Position numbers and translations under genes: made by a program
Notes under the pieces: generated by a model
What the model saw: only the letters and a program-made list of their open reading frames with translations
Database searches by the model: none
Told to the model about the DNA's origin: nothing
DNA from: Camelus dromedarius
Taxonomy: Eukaryota
Assembly: GCF_036321535.1 (NCBI RefSeq)
Contig: NC_087436.1
Span: forward strand, 22,508,001 to 22,572,000
DNA length: 64,000 bases
Reading direction: 5' to 3'
Part shown: positions 1-14,664 of the stretch, in pieces
How positions within the stretch are numbered: position 1 is the first letter of the stretch
Layout of the letters: each line of letters begins with the position of its first letter

Positions 1-208
1 CCCCCTTGGCAACCACAAGTTTGTATTCAATGTCTGTGAGTCTATTTCTGTTTTGCATTTATGCTTTGTTTTTATTTTTTTGGGTTTTTTTTTTTTCAGT
101 TGATTCCACATATGAGCGATCTCATATGGTATTTTTCTTTCTCCCAGCTGGCTTACTTCACTTAGAATGACATTCTCCAGGAGCATCCATGTTGCTGCAA
201 ATGGCGTT
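1..208 (-). mobile_element. Young L1 fragment (ORF2 end/3' UTR), camelid-type, runs off the window start
   Basis: Highly similar to 62461-62655 and to the reverse complement of 44700-44890. Confidence 0.9.
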
Positions 209-834
209 TATCTCAAACTTAATTAATCTAAAATTAATTTTCAGTTTTTCTGTGAAGACAATACCCTCTTCTTAAATTCTCCATTTCTCTTAAAATCAGC
301 CATAATTAAACCATGACCCTTAGCTTAGAAACACCCTTTGCCAGAGTCTCTCTCTGACCCCTGATAACCATTTCTGTGCTTTTCTCTGTCACCAGTGCTG
401 TTTGCAACAACTGAATCGAGGCTTACGTCACCTTAAGGCTGAATTCTAGTGATCACTATCTTTATTTCACTCTTTGATTCTACTGTCTGTGTTCTAATGG
501 GTTAATTTAAACAACAACTTTACTCTCTTTATACCATCACTCAAATTTTATCAAGGCCTCCTAGTCTCACTGTTGTTTGTTGAAATTATATGGCATTTTC
601 AAAGTCCTACTTAATCAGGTACCTGCATTTCGAATTTTATTATTTTTTTAATTAAAGTACAGTTGGTTACAATGTATCAGTTTCTGGTTCCAACTTTATT
701 TTCCATGTAAATGTTTGCCAGTAGGAAGTTACTCATCTCCCGTCAGTCAGGCCATCACTTTATTTTACTTATGTTCTACATTTTCAAATATATAAAAGAA
801 GGCTGACTTTTTTTTACGATTACTGATAATAATG

Positions 835-1070
835 GGAAAAGAGTAATTGCTAACAAATATTAAGTACTGATTACTAGTTACTGTTCTAAGTTACTTACAT
901 ATTATTAACTAATTTATTGTTTCATTGACTTTATAAGGAAGTTAGTGTATCATCATTCTAAAGATGAGGAATCTGAGGAACAGAGATTTCTTGCCCAAAG
1001 TCACACAACTAGTGAGTGGCAGCACCAGGGCAGGAAACAGGCAGCCTGGCTTCCTTCCATGTTTTTACCA
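835..1070 (-). mobile_element. MIR SINE
   Basis: MIR core 'agatgaggaatctgaggaacagaga...cttgcccaaagtcacacaactagtgagtggcag'. Confidence 0.75.
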
Positions 1071-2849
1071 TTGTAATACACTCCTCTCAGAATTAAACCA
1101 GTGTCACTTCCTGTTTGGAAAATGCCTACTGCCTGGCTATCCTGAGGCTCCTACCTTGAAAATGAAAGTTGGCCTGAACAGAGCTAATTCTACAGTAGAG
1201 AGTGAACACACTACCTGTCAATGAAGGGTAGACAACAGGTTGCCCTCAGGATCAGAAAGTGGGAGGCAAGTAGATGTTTCAGCCAGAAGGGTGCGTGATA
1301 AAGCCTCCACCGAGGGGCTGGTACCTTGGTGGAGTGGGTTGAGTGTGCATTTGGTGGCAGGGCTTGGTCCTGCCCCCTACTTGGGAATCCCTGATGGACA
1401 CCAAGAAGAAGGGCAGCTAAATGTGATAGAAAAGCAAAGGTGAGGACTCATTAGGCAGAGAGAAGGACTGAGTTAACACACCCAAGCTTCCTCCCTAGAA
1501 GGAATCCAGAAGTTTTTGCCAGAACCCACAAAAGAACACAGATGACAACTAAGGAGAAAGACAGAGACTTGCAAGGGAGAGGCAGTGGTGAGGTGGCATA
1601 CAGGAAGGTGACCCCAGCACAGCAGAGATGGCTTAAAGGTGTGACCTAGATAGGCAGACTGAGGTTCAGAGGATCTGCAGTACCTGTCTTTCAAAAAGCC
1701 CTCCTTTATAAAGAAAACACATCTTAACAAGGATGTGCCTATATTTTCTAGCATGTGTAGCACTAAGCATTATCTCTGTCACAAAATCAATCATTTAACA
1801 AGTTTTAATAATATCACAAAGTGGTTTACCTGCAATTATATACTATATATTAATAAAAGGGATACACCCTTCCTGTATACTTTTTAAATGAACAAATTAC
1901 AGTTATATGAAGTGAGCTTTATTAACAGTGAGAGTTGTCCCATGAAAAATATTAACAATATCAGGTTAGGTTTCCACAGAATATTAAAATAACCTATGAT
2001 ATCAGAAAATTAAAATTAAGATAAGAGAAAGGATTAAATAACTAGCTTACTGATGGTGGATGAGGTAGTGAGGGTCATGCTTATACGCAACATGACTAGC
2101 CCTTGGTATATATGTGCATGTGACTAACCAATCAGAGTGTTTTGACAGCTTCCTGAGTATCATGCATATTAGGTTACCAAGACAAAAATAAACACACTCC
2201 ACGTTATCACCCACTTTGAGAACTAAAAAAAACAAACGATTTTCAAAATTAGTATTTAACTCAACTCCACCCTTCCTTCCTGAAAAAAGAGCCTTGAAAA
2301 GCAGAAGACAAACTTGTGTCTAAATCCTGCTGACTGGATGAAGCACATACATTTTTTTTTTCAGAGGTGAGTGGCATACTGAGGGTGAAAAAATAGTGTG
2401 TAAATTAAACCATAGATGCTCAAGCACAGGGTAGACAGATATGTGGTCTTAATAAGGTGAGCCCCTGCTATTTGAAATTCTAGTCAGACTTGCTTTGCTC
2501 GAATCTCTCATCTTAGGTTGTCCCATAGAAAAATCACACCATCATCTTAATAGATGACAACAACTGTAGACGTTGCTTAGGGAGCGCCAGCTGCAGTCCA
2601 AGGCTGTGTACAACACGTTAAAGACTCCAGCTCATGTGCCGGGAGGAAGACAGGAATGCTGTCTCCAAACTGGGAGCATCAGCAGCTAGCTTGAGGTCTG
2701 ATACAACACTACCATGTGGTAGAGCTGGGCTTCAGATTCCAATCATCCCAGTCTCTGCACCAGTAGCTCCCTAACAATGGACTGGACAAAATTCAGCACC
2801 CATGCTTTAAAAAAAAAAAAAGTAAGAAATTCTTACTAAAAGGAATAGA

Positions 2850-4140
2850 ATAATTTCTTAATTTAATCAAATCTTCTTTAAACTAATACCAACTTCAAAC
2901 CTACTAGCAAACCATTCTCGGTATCACCACACTTTATTCAGGGATAAGAATAAGATACCCTGGTGGTTATTCTTTGGCACTTTCCTGGAATTTCTGATCA
3001 ACAAAATAAAGCAGAAAAATAACAAACTATGGTTATAACTATGCAAAAGAATAAGAACATTACTTGTAAATTCTGCAATTATTTAATTAACAACACTAAG
3101 CAAAGAACCTGAGATATCATAATAACTAAAATGGCAAGTTCTGTGAGATGATTTGGAACAACACAAATGATAAATAAAAATTAAATAGCCAATAATTTTC
3201 ATATGCATCATTGTATATCTTAGCAATATGTAGATGAAATTATCTAATTCACATTGGCGACAAATTTATACAACACTTAGGAATAAATATGAAAAGGAAT
3301 ATACTAGAACTATATGAAAATCAATAAAACTAAATTAAAAAGCAAAAAAGACAGATAATTTGAGAAGTATACTTTATTCCTGGATGGAAACACTATGTAT
3401 TTCAGAAATATCATTTTTCTAAATTATTTCATAAGAAATGAAATTGGAAGTGAAATTGACAATCAGTTCATCGGGGGAAATCCACTGGTGAAAATAGTGA
3501 GAATGATTTTGAAATAGAAAAATAATAAAGAGGAACTAGACCTAGTGGGTGTTAAAATTTACCACGAGATGAAAATAAGTTTGTCGCAGAAGTACTGATA
3601 GATAATGAAATATCATAACACTAAACCTTAAAGTAGCAGGCATGGGAAGAGTTATTATTTAATAAAGGTTCTATGAAGTCATTGGTTAGCAATTTAGGAG
3701 AAAAATTATACTCTCATCTAACCATATGACTAATTCCAGCTGTGAAAAACTACATCTGAAAAAAATATATGTAAGAATCTGATTTCTGGATAAGTTTTAA
3801 AGCAATCTTAACAAATCAACAAAATAAAATTGACAGACTTGAGAAAAATAAAAATTAGTAAGTTTTATAAATCACTGTATAATAAACAAAATGATAGAAT
3901 GAACAGAGTAAAAAAAGGAAAATAAATGTGTTAAAATGTACTGGTTCTTTGTATTTTAAAGGATTATAAAATAAGGTAAGAAAAACAAAAGTATCTCTAA
4001 ATATAAAATAACTTGAACAGATAGTTCAGTGAAAATACAAGCAATAAATGAACACCTTAAGGAATCCAATATCTACAGTCATCAAGAAAGCAAAATAAAA
4101 TGAAATGCAATTCCTCGCTTTTCAAATCTGGGAAGGAATT
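2850..4140 (+). mobile_element. Ancient L1 (L1M-type) ORF2 remnant
   Basis: A-rich decayed ORF2-like sequence, e.g. 'cacttaggaataaat', 'ttattcctggatggaaa', 'ggttagcaatttaggagaaaaat'. Confidence 0.7.
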
Positions 4141-4759
4141 ACATTTTATTGACTTATGGGGGTGATAACTATGCATGCAGATGTCAAGTTATAATGTACA
4201 GCTGAAACACAAAATTTAAAAATTACATTTTATTATATTTTTTTGTAAAGGTAATGTATTTTCATGGTTGAAAACAGAACAAGGGAAAAGGTATTCACTT
4301 AGAAACTGCGCCCTGATTCCTGTCCCTGTGAAACACCCTATTTTCCCTCCACTGGCTTCTCTTGATTTCGACAACCATTCTTAGTTAGTTCTCGTGGATG
4401 CTTGAAAGTTTCCTTATGAAATGCAAGCAGATTTAGAAATATATGCTTATATTCTCATATTCCTTAAATAAAATTAAACAACAACTAGCATTTTACACAA
4501 GGCTGAATTATTTTCGTGAATCCAAATACAATTTGTATTTTCTCATGCAAACTGTTTATTCACCTTTGCCCACTGTTCTACTGCTTGGGACCTCCCCACA
4601 CTCATGACTTCTAAAAATACATTTAGAAAGAAAACTCCTGGTGATCTGAGAGGAAAATATTTTTTCCCAGTTTATCATTCTTTAGAATTTCCCCAGAGTT
4701 TTTGTTTTGTTTTGTTTTGTTTTGGTTTGGTTTTTGCCAACCAAAAGATTTTTTTTTTT

Positions 4760-5500
4760 AATAAGTCAGATTTATCTTTTTTTTTAAGATGCTGGAATTG
4801 AGTAGTAGAAACTTTTCAGTTAGATTCTTTTGGGTCTTCTAAGTGTTATGTCTTCTACAAATAACAGTTTTACTTCCACCTTTCTATATTTTACACTGCC
4901 AATTTCTTTCTCTTGTCTGGCTTTATTATCTAAGAATTCTAATACAACGTCACTACCAGGGGTGAGAGACAGACACACTTACCCTGTTTGTACTTTTGAG
5001 CAGAAATAGCAGAAGGGCTTCTAGCATTTTGCCATTATTTATGATGCTGTCTCTGGGCTGAGTTAGTGTATATAGATGTGTGAACACATACATAGTTTGT
5101 CAGCTTGTCATGGTTATAAAATGTTTACCTATTTCTTTACTGAGCTATCTCTTTAAAAAAAAAAATCCAGAATGGCTGTTGAATTTTGTCAAATGAGTAG
5201 AAGTTAACATGATTTTTCCCCTTAGATCAACTATTATGATGAATTATTTTAATACGGTTCATAATCTGTCATCCCTGGAATGAACCCTACTTCATCATGA
5301 TATATCACTCCTTTAATCAGCTGCTGCTAATAATTTTCTGAAGTTTTTCACTGATATCCATAAATGAAACTGGGAATAGTTTTTTTCTTGTGAACTTTTG
5401 ACCAAGTTTAGGTGTCAATGATAGCCTCACTTCATTATAATAATTTGAATTTGTATTCCTCTGGAAAAGTTTAAATCACACTGAAATAATCTCTTCTTTA
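4760..5500 (-). mobile_element. Ancient L1 ORF2 (RT region) remnant
   Basis: T-rich, with antisense L1 motifs 'gaatggctgttgaattttgtcaaatg' and 'catccctggaatgaaccctacttcatcatga'. Confidence 0.7.
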
Positions 5501-6560
5501 AAAAAAATCATTAGATAGAATGCATATTGTAATATCTTTAACAACTGACATCTAGAGTAACAACTTTAAAAGATACATGATATAATAATAGTTAAGGTAT
5601 CAAATAAAAGAGTAAAATAATGTTAATTAAATTGGTAGAGGAAACAGGATAATAAAAGTTGGTTAATCCAAACAAAGGCAAGAAAGGAAGAAAAAACTAC
5701 ATAAAGAGATGGGTCAAATAGAAAAAAGAAATAGTAGTTGGTAATAGAAACACAACTATATCAGTAATTATACTAAATGAAAATGGACTACATGTTCTCT
5801 GTAAAACACTAAGGTTGTCAGGTTAAATTAAAAACAAAAATGTAAAAACACAGCTACATGTTACAGGAGGCACATCTGAAACATAAGGACAAAGGCAGGC
5901 TGAAAGCAAAAGGAAGGGAAAATATATATCATTGCAAACACTAAATGAAGTATGCTGGGGTAGATATACTATTATTGGAAAAAGCATAATTGAAGACAAG
6001 TCACTTATTAGAAAGATACGGGGGCATTTCATTCACAAAAAAAGGTCAATTCACCAGGGGGATATCACGATAAAAAACAAAATGCAGCCTCCTAAAGTCA
6101 TAGCTTTAAAGTTTATAAAGCAAAATCAATAGAACCAGAGAAAAAAGAAAGAGGCAAATTCACCATCATGTGGGTGATTTTAAAATCTCTCTCTCAAAAG
6201 TAATAGAGCAACAGGAAAAGAAAAATTCAGCAAGGATAAAGCAGGAAAAAACAATTAACACACATGATCTACCTGACATGTAGGGTGCATTGCCCCAGAA
6301 GAGCAAAATTTACCCTTTTTACTCTTGGAATAATTGCCAAAGATGCCCATAGGTTCACCTACGTAATGACCTTAAAACAAGTCATTACAAAATTTAAAGG
6401 ACTGAAATGATTCGTTTTTTGTTATCTGACAGAATTCTGGTTGTGAAGTCAGTAACAAATAAACTAATGAGGAATTCTCAATTGTTTGAAAAATAAACAC
6501 TGCATATTTTTAAATAACTCAAGAATCAGAGAAGAAATCCCAAAGGAATTCAGGCAAACA
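5500..6560 (+). mobile_element. Ancient L1 inter-ORF/endonuclease remnant
   Basis: 'caactatatcagtaattatactaaatgaaaatggactaca', 'ggggcatttcattcacaaaaaaaggtcaattcaccagggggatat'. Confidence 0.75.
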
Positions 6561-9072
6561 ATAAGGATATGACACCATCACAAGGCACAGAAAAAGTATG
6601 CCAGTAAAGAGTGCAATTCCAGGAAAGCGGGAGAAAGTAGAAATGGGAAAGCAGCAGGAAAAGAGATGAAGCCAGGGAAGGAAGTGCTGCAGGGCTGGCC
6701 ATTTCTCAGTGCGCAGAGCTACCGAAAATGCAGCTGCTGCAGTCACGCCCAGGCAGAGAGAGGCACAGGAATGTGTTACTAACTCCTGCATCCCACCGGT
6801 CAGAGGTTAGCCAGGCAGCCTGTTAACTTGCCCACATTTCCACGGCAGGAGGAAAGTCCAGGCAGGAAACCCATGAGGCGGGCAGGTGCACAGCCCAACC
6901 TGGCAGGATGCACCTTGTGGAGTCCGTCAGAGCTTCCGCACCAGTTCTGACCTCCTCCAGCTTTGTCACCAGAAGCTACCACTAAGGGACACAGACCCCT
7001 CCTACCAACGCATTTCCCTCCTTTTGGAGAGATGTGCGTGTTGCAGTCCACCACCCACGTGGACGAAGAATCTTTCTCCACGTCTCCCAGCAGTGACTCC
7101 ATGTTCAAGCTCAGCTTCCAGTCAGAAAAGGGCTTTTTCCTTGGTGGAATATTATCTGCTGCTGACTTGACAGCTGTCATCACTAGGCCCCCTCATACTC
7201 CCACATTCCTCTGTCACTCCAGTGGAAATTCCCGTGCAAATTCTACTGGCTTCAGTTGCTTTTACCAACACTTTACACATGTTCTGAATTTTATGGCTTG
7301 TCATTGTCTCTGAGTCTTGCTATAGACTTAGTTTGTGGGTCTTTCCACAATCCTATGTGATTTCCAAGAGAATTCCATTTGGCACAATCCACTGCCCCAT
7401 TCATTGTGGAACCAGAAAGGATTGTTTTAAAATTGTTAAATGTCGGCACTTACTAGGGTACAACGTCACCAAGACTCACAAAGGGATGACGAGGGTGTAA
7501 ACATGTACATAATTTCTGGAATATGTCTTCAGCACCATTAAAATATTTATAACTTTAAATATCTTAATTCCCTCCTAGAAAACTTTCCTAATAAAATTTT
7601 CAGCAATCTGGTCAGAGATTTGTTCAAAAATATATTTACTGAAGTATTATTTTAATAACCACAAATTTAAAATATTATAATGGTTGTGATACATTTTTAA
7701 GTTGGAGTACTACATACACATTAAAAATAGTATGTCACAGGGAAATGTCACAGTTTGCTGTTAAATAAACAAAAGTACAAGGCAGATTTTCAGTATTTTT
7801 ACGTCAGCTATACAGAAAAAGTAACCCTGGAAAGAATCATGTAATAAGCTGTCTCTTAGTTATTACACTATTGGTGACATTTCCCCCCACTTTACACTTT
7901 TCTGTAGTTTTCACTCTTACTAGAGTGAACACGTTACTTCGATAATCAGAAAGGTAATGAGAAATACAGCTGAAATCTTGAGACCCTCCTTCACATCAGA
8001 TAAGAGTAGCTTTCACAGGCCTCCACAAAACCACCACATCTAAATGCCTCTGCTTTTAAGTTACAAAGGAAGGAAGTTGTAGCTGAAAATCTTGCCATCA
8101 AGAATTTCAAAACAGAAAGCACTTTCCTTATGACTTCAAAACAACTGATGGGAGAGTCCTGTTTAATTTCTTGCATATTTCAAGTATGATTTTATTGAAA
8201 GAAAATTCCCCTGGTTTTTGCCCTGGAATTGCTCATAATGGAATTTTTAGAAATCGTCTGTTTATTCCTCTTCATAAACAGTGACAAGACAATTCAGAGC
8301 TATGTTGCTACTATAAAAATGGTCCAAGTTCTGTCCCTCAACATCCAAACTGCCCAACGTCTTCTTCTTTGAGCCTCAATGATAGCAACACACAAAACAT
8401 GTTTAACCCTAAGACTGTCAGTAAGTTGTTTCTTGAGTTTACTGAATTCTTAAAAAAAAAAAAAATCTAGGAAACAGAGGAGTTTCAAGGAAGCACATGA
8501 AGTTGGAGGATACATTTTCCTTTGCAGGTAATTATGAGCAACATTTTCTTCATACTTTTTCTTTCAATTTACATTTATTTTATTATTTTCTGAGGCCAGA
8601 AATGATTGCACAAGAAAGGAATTACTTTTTTTTCCTCTTAGGACTTTTGTAAAAAAGTTTCACTTTTCATAAACTCCTATATTCACTCCACTGCTTCTCT
8701 TGTTCTATACACATGGTACAGAAATTTTTTCTAATGACCTAAAGATTATAACTGAAAGTAAAAATTAAGTGTGTGTTCACTTTATCAAGAAGAAGCCAGT
8801 TCCTTGGATTTCAATTTCTGTGGCTTTAGCTTGTTTACTTTTTGAGATTGTATTTAATTTTACATTATTCGCAAACATTTTCCACAGTTTCAAGTAGTCA
8901 TTTAAACACTTTAATCTACATTATTCTCTAATTTCCTCACATTAGTTAAATCATTCAGCAATTTGATAGTTGCATTACATTTATTAATCAACCTCAACCA
9001 CCCCAGTTCCTTTAAAATTAACTTTGCAATATAGTAGAAAGTGAGATGCAGAATTTCTTCACCTTATATACC

Positions 9073-9288
9073 CAGGGTTGCCAAACTATGACCCACAGAC
9101 CAAACTTCACCTGCCACTTGTTTTTGTAAATGAAGTTCTGTCAGGCCAAAGCCACGCCTACCCATGTCCGACAGCTGTTTTCCACCAACAACAGTAGAGC
9201 TGAGCAGTTGTGACAGAAATCGTTTGGCTGGCAAAGAATCAAATATTTACTATCTGGCTCTTTTCAGAAGAAAATTTACCCACCTCTG
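9073..9288 (+). mobile_element. MER58A-like hAT-Charlie MITE
   Basis: 'cagggttgccaaactatgaccc...atatttactatctggctcttttcagaagaaaatttacccacctctg'. Confidence 0.8.
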
Positions 9289-9503
9289 TTATGTGCAATG
9301 CTCTCTGTCCTTAGAAAATTCTTTCGACATTCTGTGACAAATAGCATTTTCTTTTTCAACTAAGATGCTCATTTCTTAAAAACTTCCGGGTGTATATATA
9401 TATATGATGTTATAACGTGGATTCCACGTATTCATTATTATTAGTTACATTATTACATAAACGGGTCTATACTGCATGATGTAATTCTTAAAACCTTACT
9501 TAC

Positions 9504-9624
9504 ATGACCTTCTGTAGGCTGGCTATTGTTACCATTGACTTCTTTGCTTCCTGTGACATCACCAGCGTGACACATGATGGGACATTGCTTTAAAGAGCCA
9601 CATGACCATACATAGGAATGGATT
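9504..9624 (-). other. Internal exon (121 nt) of the minus-strand gene; 5' UTR or first coding exon
   Basis: Acceptor ttttatcttacctttgactcctacAG, donor CAT|GTAAGT, non-repetitive. One frame is open throughout (IHSYVWSCGSLKQCPIMCHAGDVTGSKEVNGNNSQPTEGH). Confidence 0.7.
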
Positions 9625-11072
9625 CTGTAGGAGTCAAAGGTAAGATAAAAAGATTAAAAATTATGCACTGAATAGTCTTCATTCCTTGGATTTATGACTA
9701 CATCCATACCTGATCATGCTTGAAAAGGCAGGAAGACTCATATGCAGAAAGCTTCAGAAGTCAATAGGAATTTCTTTGGCTTTATTCCTAAAATCTTCAG
9801 CCTTCCTCGTAATTTAACTCACATCCACATTGACTATAGCTACTTCATTTGGGGAAAGAAATAATCATACATCACTTAAACTAAACTATAACATTTCATG
9901 CAGTTCCCTCCTAAAATGGTTTTAATTTTCCCACAAAACAGCACAAAGTAAATGTGATGTCAAATGTATTTGTGGACTTCATGTCAATTTACTGAGCAAC
10001 TCTAAGGAAGATGCTGAAAATAAGTTGCAAACATCTGTTCTAAGAGTGAAATGGCAAAGTCTCCACTCAGACACTCAGTAGTAACATGGAATATTATAAC
10101 ATCATGGCTCCAAGGGATATGTGATTTTGAAGGGTTTTGAATATACCAACAGATTACACCATTAGAAAGCCTTAAAATAGTATATTTCTTAATTTTAAAA
10201 AAAGGTAGTCTAACTTATGTAGGCCATTTAAAAAAGTTAAGCAACGTAATTCCTAACTTATAAAATAAATCAAAAAACATCTTAAACAAAATTCAGTATG
10301 GTCTGTGATATAAAGAATACTTATATTATTAGTAATAATAAATTATCCATGTAATCTCATTTCTATTATTTACTAAAAGTTCAATACAGTAGTAAGTTCC
10401 AAAAGTTTAGCCATTCAATATGCATGCCAGCAAGCTGGCATCTACTTGAATTATTTATTTAAAAATATTTACTCAAAACTTATTGTGTATGAGGACCTTT
10501 GCTTGATAACTAGTCTTAATCTATAAGAAACATGCCAACCAGTGGAGGAAAAACCCCACAAACAACTCATTAATGCTCCTAGTATTTTAATAGCAGAATG
10601 AAGAAAGCCCCATGAAAAACCACAGTGTGACTTAATCCTATAGAAAAGAGGAAGATGAGGGACTCGAAAGTACATCAGTGAGGTGCAGCTGAGCTGGCCT
10701 TGAAGAGTGAATAATGTTACTCCAGCAAAGGGGATGTTGTTTGCAGAGGCTCAGAATTCAGGAGGGTGGGTGAGGAATAGACTTTGAATGTGGCTTTACT
10801 CTTGCCCTGGAACTGAACCCAATGCTGGGGATGAAGAAGCATTAAGTTGTCCCACATTCTAAGGAGTGCTTTGTTGCTAGGTCCAGACAGCTGCTCCAGA
10901 GTGAACTCAAAGGCAGGCAAACTCTTACTACTTCTACTACCTCCAAGCCACCAACTGCACCCCAAGACCCCATTTCTGGTCCATATAAGAAGACTGAAAT
11001 ATCAGGAAGGTAAGGGAAAGGCAATGGTTGGAATCATCAGCCAGGAACATGGCAGGACTTATACAAGAGACA

Positions 11073-11403
11073 CTGTGCTACAGACTAAACTGTATCTCCT
11101 CAAATTCTTATGTCAAAGCCCTAACCCTCACTGTGATGGTATTTGGAGATGAGGCTTTGGATTAGGGTTAAGTGAGGTCATAAGGGTGAGGCCGTCATGA
11201 TGGGATTAGTGCCCTTATGAGAAGAGACCTCATAAAGCTCCCCCCCCCCCACCCAAGTGAGGACACAGCAAGAAGGCAGCCATCTGCCAGCCAGGAAGGG
11301 AGTCCTCACCAGAGCACTCAGTCAGCTGGCTCCTTGGTCTTGCACTTCCCTGTCTCCAGAAGTCCAGGTATGGGACTTTGTTATGGCAGCCTGAGCTAAT
11401 ACA
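11073..11403 (+). mobile_element. MLT1A-type MaLR solo LTR
   Basis: 'tgctacagactaaactgt...gatggtatttggagatgaggctttgg...ttgttatggcagcctgagctaataca'. Confidence 0.85.
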
Positions 11404-11409
11404 GGCTGG

Positions 11410-12120
11410 CATCTCATCCCTTGGCTGGACATCATGTCCACTGGTGGGATTGATTTGCTCTTAAACCTACCTGACTAAAGAAAAAAGAAAAAGAAAAACA
11501 GAGAAAAGTATCACATTTTGTTTCCAGCGTGTGATCCAGCAAAGCTGTGTGAATTTCCCATGGCTCAAGGCTGGCCTCCTTGCAAAGGGACTCAAGGGCT
11601 GTGTCACCAGGGGAGGGAGCTGAGAGGTAGAGAGAGGTTAAGCCTAATCGCCTACAGAGTGTCGGTGGAGAGGCCACTAGAGGTGTGTGGAAGAACTCAC
11701 ACACATGGCCCGCAGGAGAGCCCAACTGTGGGAACCCCCACACAGAAGGTATCAATGCCTGGTTACTGTTAGTGAGGAAGGAGACGTCACAGCCACCAGA
11801 GGATGGCCTGGTGAGGTCAGGGCCTGTCTGGTCCATCTGCCCTAGGCCACCCTCTCAGTCCCCAACTCTCCGTGGTTAAAACCAGAAGGAGGTTAGAAAG
11901 CATGAAAATGCAGACCACATCCTCTTTCTAACATGAGCTGAGGGAACATACGGAGAGGAGACTGGGATTTTAAATGAACTAGACAACTGAATAATTGGAA
12001 GCAACCAAAATGCTATAGGATCTGACGCTTTTGCAAATGGGTAATTAAAAATGGATTATGGGGGGAGTCGTCCTGCGTTCTGGAAACATTAAAGAGTTAG
12101 TATAAATAGGTCTTAGATAC
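11410..12120. mobile_element. Probable ancient LTR remnant, family uncertain
   Basis: GC-richer purine-rich block resembling old eutherian LTRs; weak recall only. Confidence 0.35.
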
Positions 12121-13389
12121 CACCAGTTATGCAGGAAAGGGGAAGAGGCAATCATTGTTCAGAAAAGAGTAATTCATTTTGGATCGATTTAAGACAAATT
12201 CCTATTCCATCACTTTTCCCACTCTCTAGCAGTGTCTTTTCTAGGTTATTCCCTTTCAAATTCCCTTTTTAACAATCTCTCACCTGATCTGTTATTATTA
12301 TACAATAATAAGAGCAAGAATCCTTATGATGCTTTTTGTTGAAAGGAAAAATGACTACGTCTTTTGAAGGAAATGTTTGTTCAATTCAAAAGTTGATCTC
12401 AGACACAGCCATCAATCTTATTAGCTTTTTGTTTTTTCATTTTTGCTTTTTCCTCTACATCATGTTCATATAACAGCCAACTCCTTAGTCCTGGTTTTAC
12501 TTCCCAATTCTATTATCCGATAACAATTTTTCCTTTGAGACTTTTCTTGGATTTTTTTTCTTTCTATCCTCTCTGTGGAACCTTCACCAACTCTACAGGA
12601 CACACCTAAGAGCAATGTTCCTTATGCCTTTTTCTTTTCCACCCAGGAAACAAGCTTCCGGGATGGCCACCACAACTGATGAACTCTGCAGGAGGCAGAG
12701 AATGAAATTAGCAAGTGCGCTGAAAGGCACAGGAAATGCACTCAGACCCACTGGATTCTCAAATGGAAGGACCCCGGGAACTGCTATAGCTTTTTGGCTA
12801 CATCTGTTTACCCCCTGAGCTTCGAAAGAATGAATAAGAGCACCTAAGGCTGTGGTTCAAAGCTAGATGGACTCTTGCCTTTCATACCCCATGTAGTCTT
12901 ATCTTTATTAACTAATAAATTACTAGTTTCTAGGAAGTTAGCAGGCTAGCTTTTCCAGGAAACATCTAACAAGGGGTAATCAAAATACTTAAAAAACAAA
13001 GACGTTCAACTCAGCTCTTATGCCATTTTGCCCCAATAATCTATTTCAAGTTAAGTGACATACCCTTCAAAGTGCTATGAAAATAGATGTTCTCCAAAAG
13101 TGCAGAGCAGTGATAATGGAAGATTACCGCTGACCTGTTCAGATCGCTGGCCTCCATGTGGACAAACACATGTTTGGGGAAATGTGGCTCTTACCCCAGA
13201 GCTCAATTAGTACATATTTAAATGGAATTAAAAGCAAAAAATGATAGATACTCCAAAGAAGGTCCAGTCAGGCACCCACTTTTCACAGAGAAGAAAGATG
13301 CGTCCCAAAGAGGCCAAGTGACTTTCTCTGACCAGCAAGGCTCTCTAAGAATAGATATGCATTTCCATAAAAGATGCAAAGATGCTCTT

Positions 13390-13742
13390 TAGAGCTGGAG
13401 TGAACACTGAGGCACCCATCACCCCAGCTGAGAGCTCAGAGCTGAGTCTCTTCCCAGAAATGCTCTCAGTGGAAGAGAGCTGCCTAGTACAAGGTCACAG
13501 CCCCTCCCTGGGCGACTAGCCTGCTTCCCTGGAGTTGGAACATCTCTAAAGGGTCATCTCAGCTTGAGAACACTCCCCATGGGAGTTGTCGGCTGAGGCC
13601 TCTGCTGCCAGCATCCCACTCCCCTTCTCCTTCTTACCCACCTTACTTCCATCGGGCGCTGCTCCTGAGAACATGCCCTGGTGAGTCTCCTGCATGTACA
13701 TTCCTATCTCGGAGTCACTTCCCAGGGAACTCAGCCTACACA
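13390..13742 (+). mobile_element. LTR16-family (ERVL) LTR
   Basis: 'gagagctgcctagtacaaggtcacagcccctccctggg...ctcggagtcacttcccagggaactcagcctacaca'. Confidence 0.7.
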
Positions 13743-14664
13743 GATGGTGCATTCTATTAGTTGAGAAAATGTAGGGTTGGGAAAGACTTGGATTAAACGG
13801 ACATAGAGTATTGTGGGACTTCCTTTAGTTTGACGATATGCACTGTGAACTGTCAATGAATACCCAGAGATATCAAAAGTTACTTAGTCACAGAACCTCT
13901 TTTAATGTTGAACAACTTCTGAGACTTGTGTTCTGTGGAATATGCTCTGGGAAACACGAATGCAGTTCACTCTGTATAATTACTAAAGTTACTCAGCTCA
14001 ATATTTTCAGTAATGGCAGAAGGATGGAAATAGCAATAGGGGAACAATAAAAAACAATAGAAGGATGCTTAAATAAAGATATGTCCATTAAGTAAAATAT
14101 TATGCATCCATAGGAAAAAAGATGAGAAGTTCTTTCAGTACTAGAATGAAAAAGTAGCCAAAGTATATTTTCAAAGTCCAAACAGCAAGATTAGTCAATA
14201 GTGTGTATTTGTTTCTAAAAAGGGGAAGGAAGAAATACATGTGTTCATTTTCCTGTGTGTGCACAAACTACTGACAAAGACGCACAATAGAAAATGGGAG
14301 CACCAGTTGTTTCTATGGAAGGAAATTAAAAGCACTTCGTACCTTTTGAATTTTAAACTGTGGAAATAGATGACCTCTTTAAAAAACTGAAAAATTAAAA
14401 ATTAAAAGCAAAACACCACAAACTATTAGCAGATATTTAAATACTTTGTGTAATCATAAAAAAAGAAACTCTGGAGAAAAAAATGTATAAGATCCTCTAC
14501 AAAGTTACTTAGACTATGAGCTCCTTGAAGACAGGAACCACTTCTTATTCATTTATTCATAATGCCTACAGCCTAGCACAGGGCATCAACCAAGAGGAGG
14601 CAGTCAATAACTTGTTTTTTAATTGAATCCTATTGCTTCCATATAGCAATGGATTTAAAATTAA

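Noticed and set aside
6519..7313. Cluster of 90-127 aa ORFs in a GC-richer patch
   Set aside because: Overlapping ORFs on both strands, no recognisable domain and no convincing splice boundaries. It lies among L1 remnants and is probably an old L1 5' region.
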